Assembly (NCBI GenBank): GCA_964016885.1
Contig: OZ024744.1
Coordinates: 122,016,001 to 122,080,000 of the forward strand
Reading direction: 5' to 3'
Source of the DNA: Eledone cirrhosa
Lineage: Eukaryota
DNA length: 64,000 nt
The translations under genes were made by a program, and so were the position numbers. Shown piece after piece: positions 63,101 through 64,000 of the stretch. Under the pieces are notes generated by a model. That model had not been told where the DNA came from, searched no databases, and worked only from the letters and a program-made list of their open reading frames with translations. Each line of letters opens with the position of its first letter. The first letter of the stretch is position 1.

Positions 63101-64000
63101 TCTATTCCTCTTACCCAGTCACTTTTATCCTTCCTGAACACATGAACCAACCATCTCACACTGTCTCTCTTCACAACATCCATCACTACCTCTATTCCTC
63201 TCACCCAGTCACTTCTATCCTTCCTCAACACATGACCCAACCATCTCACACGATCACTCTTCACAACATCCATCACTACCTCTATTCCTCTCACCCAGTC
63301 ACTTTCATACTTCCTCAACACATGACCCAACCATCTCACACTATCTCTCTTCACGACATTCATCACTACATCTATTCCTTTCACCCAGTCACTTTTATCC
63401 TTCCTTAACACATGACCCAACCATCTCACACTATCTCTCTTCACAACATCCATCACTACCTCTATTCCTCTCACCTAGTCACTTTCATACTTCTTCAACA
63501 CATGAGCCAACCATCTCACACTATCTCCCTTTACAACATCCATCACTACCTCTATTCCTCTCACCCAGTCACATTCATACTTCCTCAACACATGACCCAA
63601 CCATCTCACACTATCTCTATTCACAACATCCATCACGACCTCTATTCCTCTCACCCAGTCACTTTTATCCTTCCTCAACACATGATCCAACCATCTCACA
63701 CTATCTCTCTTCACAACATCCATCACTACCTCCATTTCTCTCAGCCAGTCACATTCATACTTCCTCAACACATGACCCAACCATCTCACACTATCTCTCT
63801 TCACAACATCCATCACTACCTCTGTTCCTCTTACCCAGTCAAGTTTATCCTTCCTCAACACATGACCCAACCACCTCACACTATCTCTCTTCACAACATC
63901 CATTACTACCTGTATTCCTCTCACCCATTCACTTTCATACTTCCTCAACACATGACCCAACCATCTCACACTATCTCACTTCACAACATCCATTACTACC
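54178..64000. repeat. More divergent, older-looking layer of the satellite lacking long near-exact duplications
   Basis: Begins at a unique disrupted monomer (CTTCACTAATCCATAACTACATC). It carries many variants not seen in the core (TCAAGTTTAT, TCTCATCCAG, CACGACATT, CACAGCA) and many singletons. Confidence 0.75.

Larger units (their letters stand above)
1..64000. repeat. Satellite DNA array, 90-bp monomer, about 711 head-to-tail copies, extends beyond both window ends
   Basis: The same 90-mer (ATGACCCAACCATCTCACAC...CTTCCTCAACAC) recurs continuously in one orientation. Monomer starts at 4 and 63952 are 63948 bp apart = 711x90 - 42, matching the 42 one-base deletions I counted. Most monomers differ from consensus at only a few positions. 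Confidence 0.99.

Noticed and set aside
1-64000. CRISPR array or other repeat-spacer system
   Set aside because: There are no unique spacers: all 90 positions are conserved between units apart from scattered SNPs. No cas genes or leader are present.
1-64000. Telomeric repeat or simple microsatellite (C-rich strand, CCCAA/CCCAG motifs)
   Set aside because: There is no short-period tandem motif such as (CCCTAA)n or (CCTAA)n. The fundamental period is 90 bp.
1-64000. Tandem tRNA, 5S or snRNA gene cluster
   Set aside because: With 2 G per 90 nt on one strand (2 C on the other), stable cloverleaf or stem structures cannot form. I recognised no A/B box.
1-64000. Zinc-finger (C2H2) tandem gene suggested by His periodicity
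   Set aside because: The unit is 30 aa rather than 28, with no conserved Cys pair and no TGEKP linker in any frame.

Overview
The whole 64-kb window is one uninterrupted, head-to-tail, single-orientation tandem array (satellite DNA) of a 90-bp monomer. The + strand consensus is ATGACCCAACCATCTCACACTATCTCTCTTCACAACATCCATCACTACCTCTATTCCTCTCACCCAGTCACTTT(T/C)AT(C/A)CTTCCTCAACAC. From the monomer phase I count about 711 monomers, 42 of them 89 bp because of 1-bp deletions, and I saw no insertions, unique sequence, conventional genes, RNA genes or CRISPR spacers. The ORFs in the track are by-products of a 30-codon repeat. Read on the minus strand, the monomer encodes GIEVVMDVVKRDSVRWLGHVLRKDKSDWVR. 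This resembles the conserved 'RLRW(F/L)GHV.R' segment just C-terminal to the reverse transcriptase of RTE-clade non-LTR retrotransposons, so the satellite appears to be an amplified in-frame 90-bp fragment of a LINE ORF (recognised from memory, not searched). The array has nested higher-order duplications (540/630, 810, 2247, 3150, 3776, 5574 and 7917 bp). It is also layered: a homogeneous, recently expanded core (about 3-54 kb) lies between two more divergent flanks that share variants. The source is most likely a eukaryotic (probably metazoan) heterochromatic or centromere-like region; this is an inference.
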